Sequence record: SRR31156797_1106
Reading direction: 5' to 3' (one strand)
Length of the DNA: 64,000 bases
Part shown: positions 37,782 through 48,522 of the stretch, piece by piece
Position numbering within the stretch: position 1 is the first letter of the stretch
Layout of the letters: each line of letters opens with the position of its first letter
Position numbers and translations under genes: made by a program
Notes under the pieces: generated by a model
What the model saw: the letters and a program-made list of their open reading frames with translations, nothing else
Told to the model about the DNA's origin: nothing
The model's database searches: none

Positions 37782-40325
37782 ATGTCAATGAATAAACAGG
37801 TTAGTATAGAGCAGATCCTTCCTTTAGTTCGTAAACCGGGAAGATATATTGGTGGGGAACTTAACGCCGTAGACAAGGCCTGGGAAGAAGAGCAGGTTCA
37901 TTTTTGTTTGATTTTTCCAGATCTGTACGAAATAGGTATGTCTCACCAGGGGTTGCAGATTCTCTACCATATCCTTAATCAGCGTGGTGACGCACTTGCC
38001 CATAGGTGCTTTACTCCGGATATTGATATGGAAGCAGCTTTAAAGTCTAATAACCTGCCTCTGTTTTCTCTAGAACAGCGGAGACCATTGGCCGATTATG
38101 ATATTTTGGGCATCACACTGCCCTATGAACTTTGTTTTACCAATATCCTGACTGTTCTTGATTCGGCTTTTATACCTTTACATGCAAAGGATCGCGACGA
38201 GGAACATCCCATTGTTCTCGGTGGCGGTGCGGCAGCCTTCAACCCGGAACCCGTCGCCGATTTTTTTGATGCCATTGTACTGGGTGACGGCGAGGAAATT
38301 GTTGAGGAACTGACTGAGCAGTTTCTACAGTTTAAACAGCAGGGACATTCCCGAGAGGAAATACTCAAGCAGCTCAGTTCGCTTACCGGTGTGTATGTGC
38401 CCTCTTTTTTTAAGCCTCAGTACAGCGGTTCTCAAATAACGTGTGTGGAGTCTTTGCTGCCAGAATATACTACAGTTATGAAACGAGTGTTGCCCGAAAT
38501 GCAATCACCCGTTTTGTTGAGCAACCCTCTGGTGCCGATCGTAAAGCCTGTCCATGACAGGTTAGGCATTGAAATTGCGAGGGGATGTACCCGTGGCTGC
38601 CGGTTCTGTCAGGCCGGGATTACTTACCGCCCGGTACGGGAACGATCTTTAGACGATATCATGGAACTGGCTGAGGCTGGTATTGCAAACAGTGGGTTTG
38701 ATGAACTTGCATTGCTCTCTTTATCAACTGGGGATTACTCCTGCCTGGGCACATTGATGACCAAGCTTATGGATCGCTTTGCCGATGAATATGTATCGGT
38801 TTCCATGCCCTCCATGCGTGTTGGAACCCTGACTCCGGAGATAATGGACCAAATAAAAAGAGTCCGGAAAACTGGTTTTACCGTCGCTCCCGAAGCCGGG
38901 ACCGATCGGTTGCGAGAAGTTATCAATAAAGGCATTTCCGAGAAAGATCTGATGGACACCTGCCAGGATGCGTTTGCTCTTGGCTGGAACTTGATCAAGT
39001 TCTATTTTATGATTGGGTTGCCAACAGAAACTGATGAGGATGTGGACGCTATTGTCGATTTGGCCCGAAAAGCTAAGCTGGAGGCAGGGGAAGGTCGGGG
39101 AGGCAGGGTAAAAATTAATGTCAGCATCGGCACCTTTGTTCCTAAACCACACACACCTTTTCAATGGGAACCGCAGATTTCCCGCGAGCAGTCCCGGGAT
39201 AAAATCAATCGCCTGAAACAACTCTTGCCTCGAAAGGGGTTTGCCCTGAAGTGGCATGAACCTGAACAATCTTATTTGGAAGGTGTTTTTTCCCGTGGCG
39301 ATCGACGGTTGGCTGCATTGATCCTCAAAGCCTGGCAGAATGGGGCACGTCTAGATGGCTGGTCAGAGCATTTTAACCTGAACCAGTGGTATGTTGCAGC
39401 AGAGGAGTGTGGTGTTGAAATGGATACCTATCTCCGTGAACGTACCACCGATGAAATATTACCTTGGGATCATCTGCAAACCGGGGTGAACCGTCAATTT
39501 TTAGAGCAGGAACTGGCTGATGCCAAAAAACAACTGTATACCGAAGATTGTCGGAATCAGGGGTGTCAGAAGTGCGGACTCTGCGATTTTGAGACTGTGA
39601 AGCCCAGGGTACATGATGAGAAAGAGGTCTCTTTGCCTTCTGCTCCAGTGAACAGGGAAAAAATCGCTAAACCAGAAAGGCGGGTTTTTGTATACAGGGT
39701 GGCATATTCTCGGATGGGTGACAGTCGATTCTATGGGCATCTGGAAATATTGCAGTTGATCTTCCGCGCTCTGCATCGTGCCGGTCTGCCTGTCCTCTTT
39801 TCACAAGGCTACAACCCTTCGCCTAAAGTTTCTTTCAGCCAGGCTCTGCCGGTGGGCATGGAAAGCCTGGCCGAATATTTTTATGTTGAGCTTGCAGAAC
39901 CACTTTCTTCACTTTCCCAGACAATAACGAACCTTGATGCACAGTTACCATCCACTATAACAGTGACTGATATTAATTTGGAAAAGAAAGTTCGCCAAGC
40001 CAGCTATTGCGCCAGGTACCGGGTAACACTGGATGGGTTTTCAGAAAATGACATTCAAAAAAAGGTGACTGCTTTTATTGGTCTCGATCAACTGATTATA
40101 GAGCGAATACGTAAGAAAAAAAGAAGGCAGCTTGATCTGCGCCCGCTGGTTGCTTCAATGGAGGCTCAGGAACATGATCTGTTTATAGAACTGTTCCACT
40201 ACCATGGCCAGGCAGGTACAAATCCACGTGAAATCCTTGAGCACGGACTGCACCTGTCACCTGAGCAGGCACTTCTTGCTAGAATTCAAAAAGTAGAGAT
40301 TCGTGAAATAGAGACACCTGGTTGA
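37782..40325 (+). CDS. B12-binding-type radical SAM protein (TIGR03960-like) fused to a radical-SAM-linked C-terminal domain
   Basis: KPGRYIGGE, FPDLYEIGMS, CTRGCRFC, APEAGT, C-terminal GHLE...FSQGYNP.PK. Confidence 0.88.
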   Translation: MSMNKQVSIEQILPLVRKPGRYIGGELNAVDKAWEEEQVHFCLIFPDLYEIGMSHQGLQILYHILNQRGDALAHRCFTPDIDMEAALKSNNLPLFSLEQRRPLADYDILGITLPYELCFTNILTVLDSAFIPLHAKDRDEEHPIVLGGGAAAFNPEPVADFFDAIVLGDGEEIVEELTEQFLQFKQQGHSREEILKQLSSLTGVYVPSFFKPQYSGSQITCVESLLPEYTTVMKRVLPEMQSPVLLSNPLVPIVKPVHDRLGIEIARGCTRGCRFCQAGITYRPVRERSLDDIMELAEAGIANSGFDELALLSLSTGDYSCLGTLMTKLMDRFADEYVSVSMPSMRVGTLTPEIMDQIKRVRKTGFTVAPEAGTDRLREVINKGISEKDLMDTCQDAFALGWNLIKFYFMIGLPTETDEDVDAIVDLARKAKLEAGEGRGGRVKINVSIGTFVPKPHTPFQWEPQISREQSRDKINRLKQLLPRKGFALKWHEPEQSYLEGVFSRGDRRLAALILKAWQNGARLDGWSEHFNLNQWYVAAEECGVEMDTYLRERTTDEILPWDHLQTGVNRQFLEQELADAKKQLYTEDCRNQGCQKCGLCDFETVKPRVHDEKEVSLPSAPVNREKIAKPERRVFVYRVAYSRMGDSRFYGHLEILQLIFRALHRAGLPVLFSQGYNPSPKVSFSQALPVGMESLAEYFYVELAEPLSSLSQTITNLDAQLPSTITVTDINLEKKVRQASYCARYRVTLDGFSENDIQKKVTAFIGLDQLIIERIRKKKRRQLDLRPLVASMEAQEHDLFIELFHYHGQAGTNPREILEHGLHLSPEQALLARIQKVEIREIETPG

Positions 40326-40401
40326 GGAATTGTTTGCATTAATGGTCAGCTTGGGTTGAAGGAGTCCTGAGTTCTCATCAGGGGGAAAGGGAGGAGAGGC
40401 A

Positions 40402-41640
40402 GTGGTGCGGAAATTGACGATGTTGTCCTTTCTTTTTTTGGTAGGTCCCAGTCTTCTTTGTCTCTCTAGGCAGGCTGTGCATGCAGCTTGCCTGAACTAC
40501 CCTAACCTCATCCAAAACGGTGGTTATGGCATTGCCGACAGTTCCGGAAATGTCATTAACGGATGCAACCTCGATGCCGCCTATATTCCTGCAAGTGTGA
40601 TCAAGATAATTACAGCTCTTTCCGCCTTCCGGATTCTTGGGCCAGCCTATCAGTTTACCACTGAATTTTATTTGGATGACAATCAGGTTTTATACATCAA
40701 GGGTTATGGGGACCCGTTGCTTCTGTCGGAAGATGTGCGTCGTATCGCCAATCTATTAAAAACACAGCAGTTAGAACATATCAAAGGGCTCTTTATTGAT
40801 AATTCCGAGTATGCCCTGAATGATGTTCCACCTGGAAGCAGTAACAGTAGCAATGCTTATGATGCGCCCGTAGCGGCCACTTCGGTCAATTTTAACAGTC
40901 TGCCTATTCGGGTGGATACCCGTGGCCGTGTGTTTTCAAGTGAGGCCCAGACTCCTTGGATACCTCTTATGCAAGAGATAGGGCATGGGCGTATGCCTGG
41001 AACCCATCGTGTGAATATCTGTGTTGGTGGATGTCGGCCGAAAACAATTGCTGCACGCTATACCAGTGAGCTTTTTATCAGAATTTTCAGGGACATCGGA
41101 ATTGCAGTTTCAGGTGAAAGTGGAGTGAAAACTGTCCCAGTTGCAGCAAAACGCCTATTTGTTTACCGAAATCCAAGGAAACTTGAGGAGATCGTGAAGA
41201 ATATGCTCTTCTACTCCTCTAATTTTATAGCAAATCAGTTATTTCTTGCCTGCGGTGCCAAACGATTCGGTTATCCGGCAAATTGGGAAAAATCTAACGC
41301 TGCCATACAGGAGGTGTTGCAAGAGGCGTTAGGAGGTGATATGTCTGGTGCCGCTGAGGTCGTTGATGGAGCGGGGTTGTCGCGGAAGAATAGGATATCT
41401 GTCCGGAGTATGCTGAAAATTCTTGAAGTGTTTACACCGTATAAGCTGCTGCTCAGGAAATATAGGGGGGTGCTTGCCAAAACCGGTACCTTACAAGGTG
41501 TGTATAATTATGCCGGGTATTTTCCAGATGGCAATTCCTATGTTATTTTTCTCAACCAATCAGGAAACAAGAGGGCAACGCTTTTAGATCGGTTAAAAAT
41601 CAGTCATTTAGAGGGTGATTTTTTTCGCAGGGAACGTTGA
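40402..41640 (+). CDS. D-Ala-D-Ala carboxypeptidase/endopeptidase (peptidase S13, DacB-like)
   Basis: SxxK (PASVIK), G.GDP, SxN (SSN), DGAGLSR, KTG. Confidence 0.9.
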   Translation: MVRKLTMLSFLFLVGPSLLCLSRQAVHAACLNYPNLIQNGGYGIADSSGNVINGCNLDAAYIPASVIKIITALSAFRILGPAYQFTTEFYLDDNQVLYIKGYGDPLLLSEDVRRIANLLKTQQLEHIKGLFIDNSEYALNDVPPGSSNSSNAYDAPVAATSVNFNSLPIRVDTRGRVFSSEAQTPWIPLMQEIGHGRMPGTHRVNICVGGCRPKTIAARYTSELFIRIFRDIGIAVSGESGVKTVPVAAKRLFVYRNPRKLEEIVKNMLFYSSNFIANQLFLACGAKRFGYPANWEKSNAAIQEVLQEALGGDMSGAAEVVDGAGLSRKNRISVRSMLKILEVFTPYKLLLRKYRGVLAKTGTLQGVYNYAGYFPDGNSYVIFLNQSGNKRATLLDRLKISHLEGDFFRRER

Positions 41641-41763
41641 TAAATAAAACGAACTGCAATTGAGTTTGATAGACAATTATCACATCAGGCTTATAGTGTA
41701 ACCACTATATTCAAGCGGTGCAGAAACCGCATTTTATTATTTTATAACAACGTCGATAACAAT

Positions 41764-42702
41764 ATGGAGTATTATGAGATCCTGGGAGTCGCTAAAACAG
41801 CCACTGCCAATGAAATAAAGAAAGCCTATAGAAAGCTAGCCTTGAAATATCATCCGGACAAAAACCCTGATAATGCTGAGGCTGAAAAGAAGTTTAAGGA
41901 GATCAGTGAAGCGTACGCGGTTCTTTCAGATCCGGAAAAAAGGAAACAGTACGACACGTTTGGCTCGACAGGCTTCCAGCAGCGTTTTTCCCAGGAGGAT
42001 ATTTTTAGAGGGTTTGATCTCAATGATATTCTTGGCCAATTCGGATTTGGCGGTTCTTCCTTCAGAACTGGTTCCGGTTTCCAGGGAACTCGCCGGGGAG
42101 GAAGCCCTTTTGAGTCTTTTTTTAGCCAATCAGGCGGGCGGGGAGGCTGCGGTGGTGGCGGTTGTGGTACGTCGCAAATGAAAGGAAAGGACCTCACCTT
42201 TGAACTTGCCATTTCCTTGGAGGATGTTCTAAGTGGAGCCGAAAAGAGTATCAGCCTACGCAACAACGGACGTCCTCGCAATGTGACCGTAAAGGTGCCC
42301 CAAGGCATAGAAGCTGGAAAAAGGCTGCGTCTGACAGGTAAGGGCAGCCCGTCTCCCTCTGGTGGTCCTGCAGGTGATTTATATTTGAAGGTAAATGTTG
42401 AAGCCCATGAGCGGTTCACGCGCAGCGGGGATGACCTTGTGCTGGAAAACCGTATTCCCTTTAGTCAGGCATGTTTAGGCACAACGGTGATCGTTGAGTC
42501 CTTGGAAGGGAAAAAATTTAATGTAAAAGTGCCTGCAGGAGTGCAACAGGAAGCAAAGCTCCGCATCAAAGGGTATGGTTTACCCTGCGGTCCAGGTGGT
42601 AATCGCGGAGATTTACTTGTGAAAATAGCTATTCAGATACCAAAAGAACTCAATGAGGAGCAGGAGAAAATTATAAGGTCGCTGGGAGAGGTTTTTCTCT
42701 AG
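41764..42702 (+). CDS. DnaJ-class chaperone lacking the Zn finger (CbpA-like)
   Basis: J domain with HPD, G/F-rich linker, DnaJ C-terminal domain (GDLYL). Confidence 0.92.
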   Translation: MEYYEILGVAKTATANEIKKAYRKLALKYHPDKNPDNAEAEKKFKEISEAYAVLSDPEKRKQYDTFGSTGFQQRFSQEDIFRGFDLNDILGQFGFGGSSFRTGSGFQGTRRGGSPFESFFSQSGGRGGCGGGGCGTSQMKGKDLTFELAISLEDVLSGAEKSISLRNNGRPRNVTVKVPQGIEAGKRLRLTGKGSPSPSGGPAGDLYLKVNVEAHERFTRSGDDLVLENRIPFSQACLGTTVIVESLEGKKFNVKVPAGVQQEAKLRIKGYGLPCGPGGNRGDLLVKIAIQIPKELNEEQEKIIRSLGEVFL

Positions 42703-42745
42703 GGAGAAATAAAGTTAAAGCCATACTTGGAAGTTCGTCATTTTT

Positions 42746-42799
42746 AACTGCATATGATGGTTATTTTTCCTTTTAAAAAAATAGCCATCATATGCAGTT
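42746..42799. terminator. long hairpin between convergent genes (probable terminator)
   Basis: 23-bp arms aactgcatatgatggttattttt / aaaaatagccatcatatgcagtt with one G-T. Confidence 0.65.
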
Positions 42800-42805
42800 G
42801 TCTTC

Positions 42806-43987
42806 TTATTTCGCCAGTGAACGAATTGCTGCACCAAGTCGTTGAATACCAGTTTTTATGGTAGCATTATCCATGCAGGAAAAATTAAGTCTCAGTGTAT
42901 TTGTATCTTCTTTGTCAACATAGAAGGGGGTGCCAGGTACAAAGGCGACTTTTTCCTTGAGGGCTGTTTTGAAAAGGGTCATTGCCGACAGGTGATCGGG
43001 CAAGGTGATCCAGAGAAACATCCCACCTTCAGGGTTTGTAAAGCGTATTTCAGGTGGAAAGAACTGTTTGATGCTTTTCACCATAGTCTGCTTCTGTTCT
43101 CCATAAGCTTGAATAATCGTTTGGATATGTTGGTCAAGATCGTTGTCGGCTAAATATTGATATAAAATCCTTTGCGCCAGATAATCGGTGTGGAGATCAG
43201 ATGCCTGTTTGGCTATAAGCAACTTTTCCATGAGCTGCGGTTGAGCAACCAGCCAGCCGATGCGTAACGAGGGGGCAATTGTTTTTGAGAAAGAGCCAAG
43301 GAGAACGCATTGATCAGGGATCAGCGATAGAAAGTTTTGTTTAGCTTGACCGATAAACCGTAAGTCCCCGTAAGGATCGTCCTGGATCAGGGTACTTTGG
43401 CTCTGGGTGACAATTTTGGCTACTTCCTGGCGGTTATTTTCGCTGTAGGAGATACCAGCAGGGTTTTGGAAGTTTGGAACTGTATAGATGAGTTTTACCT
43501 TGTTATCTGCCAGGGCTGGTTTTAGTTTCCTGGCATCCATGCCGTTTTCATTAACAGGTATCCCCTTGAATAGGGCGCGATACATTGAAAATGCCTGGAT
43601 AGCTCCCAAGTAACCAGGTTCTTCAATGACGACCCCGTCACCATTGTTAATAAAGGTCTTGCCCAGCAGGTCCAACCCCTGCTGGGAGCCTGTTGTTATC
43701 AGAATATTTTCCGGTGGAATATCTAATTGTTGTGTTGTTCGGTATCGCTCTGCAATATATTGTCGCAGAGGTAGGTAGCCTTCAGAGTTTGCATATTGCA
43801 GTACCTCGCGGCCTGCATCTCTGAACACCGAGTCTGCTGCCCGCTGGAGTTCTTTGACCGGAAACAGGTTTCGGTTGGGAAGCCCTCCTGCAAATGAGAT
43901 GATAGAGTCGTCAAGGGTTACTTTAAGTATTTCACGTATAAACGACTGAGGAACATCTGAAATTCTATCTGAAAAGAGGGTGTCCAT
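42806..43987 (-). CDS. class I PLP-dependent aminotransferase (LysN-like, no HTH)
   Basis: ISFAGGLP, PNFQNP, DDPY, GSFSK...LRIGW, GGMF.W, RLNFS. Confidence 0.9.
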   Translation of the reverse strand: MDTLFSDRISDVPQSFIREILKVTLDDSIISFAGGLPNRNLFPVKELQRAADSVFRDAGREVLQYANSEGYLPLRQYIAERYRTTQQLDIPPENILITTGSQQGLDLLGKTFINNGDGVVIEEPGYLGAIQAFSMYRALFKGIPVNENGMDARKLKPALADNKVKLIYTVPNFQNPAGISYSENNRQEVAKIVTQSQSTLIQDDPYGDLRFIGQAKQNFLSLIPDQCVLLGSFSKTIAPSLRIGWLVAQPQLMEKLLIAKQASDLHTDYLAQRILYQYLADNDLDQHIQTIIQAYGEQKQTMVKSIKQFFPPEIRFTNPEGGMFLWITLPDHLSAMTLFKTALKEKVAFVPGTPFYVDKEDTNTLRLNFSCMDNATIKTGIQRLGAAIRSLAK

Positions 43988-44040
43988 GGTAGATATAGTG
44001 TGACCTGAGATTAGTGGTTTTAAAACTGAAAAGGTTTAGA

Positions 44041-44583
44041 TCAGTAGTTTTGGTCGGCAAAGTTGAGCCAGCCGCCTGCTGCAACCAGTTTCTTGTCAAA
44101 ACTATTTAAGGTAAAGGTGCTTGTGTGTGCTTCTGTTTCGGGAGCATCACTGATGGCAGTGATGCTTTCCTGTTCCAGATCTACGCTGACTGTAATTTTA
44201 CCCTGCATCGAAAAGAGCACGTCTAGATCGGACTGCTGCAGCTCTATTGCAAGAATCCCGCAATTGAACATATTTTGCCTAAATATTCGGGCAAAACTCT
44301 CACCTATAACCAGGTTGATATCGTTTACCTCCAGTGCCCATACAGCATGCTCGCGGGATGATCCGCATCCAAAGTTAGAGCGGGTTATCAGCACACTGGC
44401 ATTTTTTATTTCGTCTGCCTGAGGATCGAAAATCTGGCCTTCCAAGTGCAGGTCTTCAAGCAGGTGTGGCTTGAGGGCTATTTTTGTAATCTCTGTGAGG
44501 TATTTAGCCGGTATGATCTCATCTGTGTTGATATCATCTCTGTCGATAAAGGTTGCCTGGCCGCCAAAGCGTTTCATTGTCAC
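44041..44583 (-). CDS. leuD: 3-isopropylmalate dehydratase small subunit
   Basis: DINTDEIIP, NFGCGSSREHA, SFARIF..N. Confidence 0.85.
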   Translation of the reverse strand: MTMKRFGGQATFIDRDDINTDEIIPAKYLTEITKIALKPHLLEDLHLEGQIFDPQADEIKNASVLITRSNFGCGSSREHAVWALEVNDINLVIGESFARIFRQNMFNCGILAIELQQSDLDVLFSMQGKITVSVDLEQESITAISDAPETEAHTSTFTLNSFDKKLVAAGGWLNFADQNY

Positions 44584-44704
44584 TATGCCTCTTGATTTTT
44601 ATGATCGGGTCGTGGTTTTGAGACTGTTATTTTCCAAACCACGGGCTCTTTTTTTTATGGTTGCCTGTCAATGCCCTTTCAGTTGGGAGGGCATTGCTAC
44701 ATAG

Positions 44705-45991
44705 TCAGCTCGACAATTGTCGTGGATCTGTAATGACGCCGGTAACAGCTGCTGCAGCAGCACTTGCCGGGCTCATCAGGTGGACCATACCGCCTTTGCC
44801 CATCCTGCCGTTAAAATTTCGATTGGTTGTTGACGCACAGACCTCACCCTCAGCAAGGACACCACTGCTCATGCCAAGACAGGCGCCGCATGTGGGATTG
44901 AGAACGCAAAAACCACTGTCCATGAATATCTTAATCAGTCCTTCTTCCAATGCTTGCGAGTAAATACCCGGTGTGGCTGGAGTCAGGATGCCACGGACTC
45001 CGGGGGCTAATGATTTTCCCTTAAGTATGGCTGCAGCTTCACGGACATCTTCAATTCTACCGTTGGTACAGCTGCCGATGTAAACTTGGTCAATTTTAGT
45101 GCCGGAAAGTTCGGTCACATCCTTTACATTGTCTGGTCTGTATCCGTAAGTCACCTGTGGGGGGAGATCAGTTACATCGACCAAAAGTTCTTTCGCATAC
45201 AAAGCGTCCACATCAGAATGCCATTTTGTAAAATCACTGACCGCTGCTTCAACTGTGTCATATTCATCTTTGATGAACGGCCAGAGATATTGAGCGGTAA
45301 CCTCATCGGGGAGGCATACACCAGAAGTTGCACCTGCTTCTACGGCCATGTTACACAGCGTCATTCGGGAAGACATGTTCATTGCAGTTATTACCGGACC
45401 GCAGAATTCAATGACCATGTCAGTCGCGCCATTTACCGTGAGCTGCTTGATGATATGAAGAATGATATCCTTGGCAACTACTCCCGGCTGCAGGGTTCCT
45501 GTTACTTCTATTTTTAGTGACTGCGGTGCCCTGAAAGCACACACTCCTTTGAGGATGCCTACCTCCAGGTCGGTGGTGCCAACTCCAGCAGCGAAAGCAC
45601 CGAAGGCGCCATGGGTGCATGTATGGGAATCGCCCATAATGACAGTGTATCCTGGGCGGATGAATCCTTTTTCGGGAAAAAGGGCATGGCAGACGCCATT
45701 TTGTCCAATATCAAAAAAATCTTTTATACTGTGACGAGCTGCCCAGTCGCGCATAATTTTGGCTTGGGTGGCGGTCTTACTGTCTTTGGCAGGAGTAACG
45801 TGATCAATGACAGCCTTAATTTTGTTTGGATCAAAGACACGATCCATCCCTTTCTCCATTAGGTCCATAATGGCTATGGGAGTTGTAATTTCGTGGCACA
45901 TAATAACGTCTAGATCAAGCACCATGTTGTCAGGGGCAGGGGTATCTCGTTTATGGGCGGCAAAGATTTTTTCGGTAATGGTTTGTCCCAT
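44705..45991 (-). CDS. leuC: 3-isopropylmalate dehydratase large subunit (short type)
   Basis: DSHTCTHG, IGSCTNGR, CGACLG, TNRNF.GRMG. Confidence 0.87.
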   Translation of the reverse strand: MGQTITEKIFAAHKRDTPAPDNMVLDLDVIMCHEITTPIAIMDLMEKGMDRVFDPNKIKAVIDHVTPAKDSKTATQAKIMRDWAARHSIKDFFDIGQNGVCHALFPEKGFIRPGYTVIMGDSHTCTHGAFGAFAAGVGTTDLEVGILKGVCAFRAPQSLKIEVTGTLQPGVVAKDIILHIIKQLTVNGATDMVIEFCGPVITAMNMSSRMTLCNMAVEAGATSGVCLPDEVTAQYLWPFIKDEYDTVEAAVSDFTKWHSDVDALYAKELLVDVTDLPPQVTYGYRPDNVKDVTELSGTKIDQVYIGSCTNGRIEDVREAAAILKGKSLAPGVRGILTPATPGIYSQALEEGLIKIFMDSGFCVLNPTCGACLGMSSGVLAEGEVCASTTNRNFNGRMGKGGMVHLMSPASAAAAAVTGVITDPRQLSS

Positions 45992-46365
45992 TTTTTACTC
46001 CTGGAATAAAAGGGGAAATATTTTGATCAGACAGGCAGCTCTTACAGGTGCCGGTTTGTCTTTAAAGGCAAGATTTAATAAAGCAACAGTAATTACACGC
46101 AGAGTGAAAATTCGTCAATTTTTTCCTTTAAAAGAAGTCGGTAACTTTCTGGTAACACCTGTACAGAAGCGGTGTGATTGCTTATAGTGACTGCTGATAC
46201 AGACAAAAGGCATCGTTTTATATTTATGGCTGCGCTCACTCCCCGAGTTCGGGAATGCAGGGTATGCAATATGTATATGACCTAAACCCAGTTTTGTCCT
46301 TTTGCTGTTTGATAACCCTCCCCAGCGGACTATATGCTGCCCGTTTACCTTGTAAAGAGTATACT

Positions 46366-48198
46366 ATGCAAAAAAAAAGACTGAACTTGATTGGCCGGCA
46401 AGAATTGCTTTGTCTTTACCTCTTTCTGTTGTGCTGCTGGCAGGGAGTAATCGTGTCTTCCTGCTTTGCTGCCCACGGAGAGAGCCTTGACGGTACTTTA
46501 AAATACCCACCAGATTTCGAGCGCTTTGACTACACATCTCCTGATGCAAAGAAAGGCGGAAAACTTGTACTTCATGATCTAGGCAGTTTTGACAAGCTTA
46601 ATCCTTTTACCTTAAGAGGTGCAGCACCCTTAGGGCTTTCATCCTTGGTCTTTGAGACCTTGACTGTCCCCAGCCTGGACGAACCTTTCGCAAATTATGG
46701 ACTTATTGCAAAAGATATTACACTTGCTGCAGATAAAAAATCGGTAACCTTTACCTTGGACGAGCAGGCGCGATTTGCTGATGGGACACCAATTACAGCC
46801 GAGGACGTGTTTTTTTCTCTACAGACGCTGAAAAGCAGCGATGCCCATCCTTTTTATCAAATATATCTGAAGGATATTAAAGATGCAGAAATATTGAGTC
46901 CACTGGTGATCCGTTTTCATTTTGCGCAGGTGAACCGCGAACTACATATGATAGCCGGGCAACTCCCAGTCCTTAATAAAAGATTTTATCAGGCGCACCC
47001 TTTTTCGCCTGAGAGTGGACAAGGGGGCATGGTGGTTCCCATTGGTTCGGGTCCTTACATGGTAGCAGATATCAATCCTGGTAAATCTATTAGTTATAAG
47101 AGAAATCCAAATTACTGGGCCAAAAATCATCCGGTCCGTAAAGGGATGTTCAATTTTGACACAGTAACCGTTAAATATTTCAAGGATCAGGTTGTCAGTG
47201 TGGAAGCCTTTAAAGCTGGTGAATTTGATGTGATGTTCGTCAATCTTGCCAAACAGTGGCAGCGAGATTTAGTGGGAAAACGATTCAGTAGTAAGGAGTT
47301 GTTGAAAACAGCTTTCCCGCACCATAATAATGCCGGCATGCAGGGGTTTGTTTTTAATACCAGGAAACCACTATTTGCCAATCCTAGGATACGGCAGGCT
47401 CTTGGGCTTGCATTTGACTTTGAGTGGTCAAATAATGCATTGTTTTTTAATCAGTATACCCGCAATAATTCGTTTTTTTCAAATTCAGAACTTGCCGCCC
47501 AGGGGATCCCGACCGGTCTGGAGTTGACATTGTTAGAACCTTATCGAAATCATCTGCCAGCAGAGGTTTTTACTCAGCCGTTATCCCCGCCAACGACGGC
47601 CTCCCCTGGGAGTTTGAGGGTAAATATGCGTAAAGCTAAACAGATGCTGGAAGAGGAGGGCTGGTCGGTCCGGGATGGGGTATTGGTGAATACGGATAAC
47701 CAGCCCTTTCATTTTGAAATACTGCTTGTCAGTCCATCTTTTGAACGGGTGATGGCAGCCTATGTCATGAATTTGAAAAGACTGGGTATAGATGTGACGT
47801 ATAGGACCATTGATCCGGCATTGTATACCGATAGAATGAATAATTTTGACTTTGACATGACCGTAGCTGTTTTTGGGCAGTCCCAGTCGCCGGGAAATGA
47901 ACAGCGTGATTATTGGTCAGCCTCAGCCGCCATTAGCGAGGGGTCCAGAAATTATGCAGGGGTACAGGACCCGGTTGTTGACGATTTGGTGGAAAAAATT
48001 ATCTATGCTGAGGACAGGGTACAGTTGGTAGCAGCTTGTCGAGCGCTTGACAGGGTCCTTTGGTATGGATACTATGTGGTACCTAACTGGTACCTTGCCA
48101 ATCATCGGCTTGCCTATGATGCGCGATTAAAGCATCCTCAAACTCTCCCACTATACTATAATTACGAGCAATTTCTCTACACCTGGTGGCAGGAATAG
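46366..48198 (+). CDS. ABC transporter solute-binding protein, family 5 (YejA-like)
   Basis: FDY..PDA.KGG, FD.LNPF, GSGPY, FNTR, SPGNEQR.YW, RALDRVL. Confidence 0.9.
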   Translation: MQKKRLNLIGRQELLCLYLFLLCCWQGVIVSSCFAAHGESLDGTLKYPPDFERFDYTSPDAKKGGKLVLHDLGSFDKLNPFTLRGAAPLGLSSLVFETLTVPSLDEPFANYGLIAKDITLAADKKSVTFTLDEQARFADGTPITAEDVFFSLQTLKSSDAHPFYQIYLKDIKDAEILSPLVIRFHFAQVNRELHMIAGQLPVLNKRFYQAHPFSPESGQGGMVVPIGSGPYMVADINPGKSISYKRNPNYWAKNHPVRKGMFNFDTVTVKYFKDQVVSVEAFKAGEFDVMFVNLAKQWQRDLVGKRFSSKELLKTAFPHHNNAGMQGFVFNTRKPLFANPRIRQALGLAFDFEWSNNALFFNQYTRNNSFFSNSELAAQGIPTGLELTLLEPYRNHLPAEVFTQPLSPPTTASPGSLRVNMRKAKQMLEEEGWSVRDGVLVNTDNQPFHFEILLVSPSFERVMAAYVMNLKRLGIDVTYRTIDPALYTDRMNNFDFDMTVAVFGQSQSPGNEQRDYWSASAAISEGSRNYAGVQDPVVDDLVEKIIYAEDRVQLVAACRALDRVLWYGYYVVPNWYLANHRLAYDARLKHPQTLPLYYNYEQFLYTWWQE

Positions 48199-48522
48199 TA
48201 GAGCCTCGTAAAATTGGCCCGTTTTTTGTTAGTGTATTTGTACGTATACAAGGGGGCTTTGAAAATAAAAAATTGTTAATCACGATCAGGCAGGGTTCGC
48301 ATCCCAGGGGATTAAATGTTTTTTTCAGTAATCATATGGTTACAAAGGAATCTATGCTAAATCAAGAGGGTGGAAAATGACCATAACGAGATAAGTGCCA
48401 GAATGCTCAAAGGTAAAAAAGCTATTTTGAAAGTGGTTGTGCTTTTTATGGGGCCCTTTTTAAAAAGAGATGGGATGATATCTGTTTATTAACCATTTAA
48501 AGAGTTGAACAAGAGACGGCCT

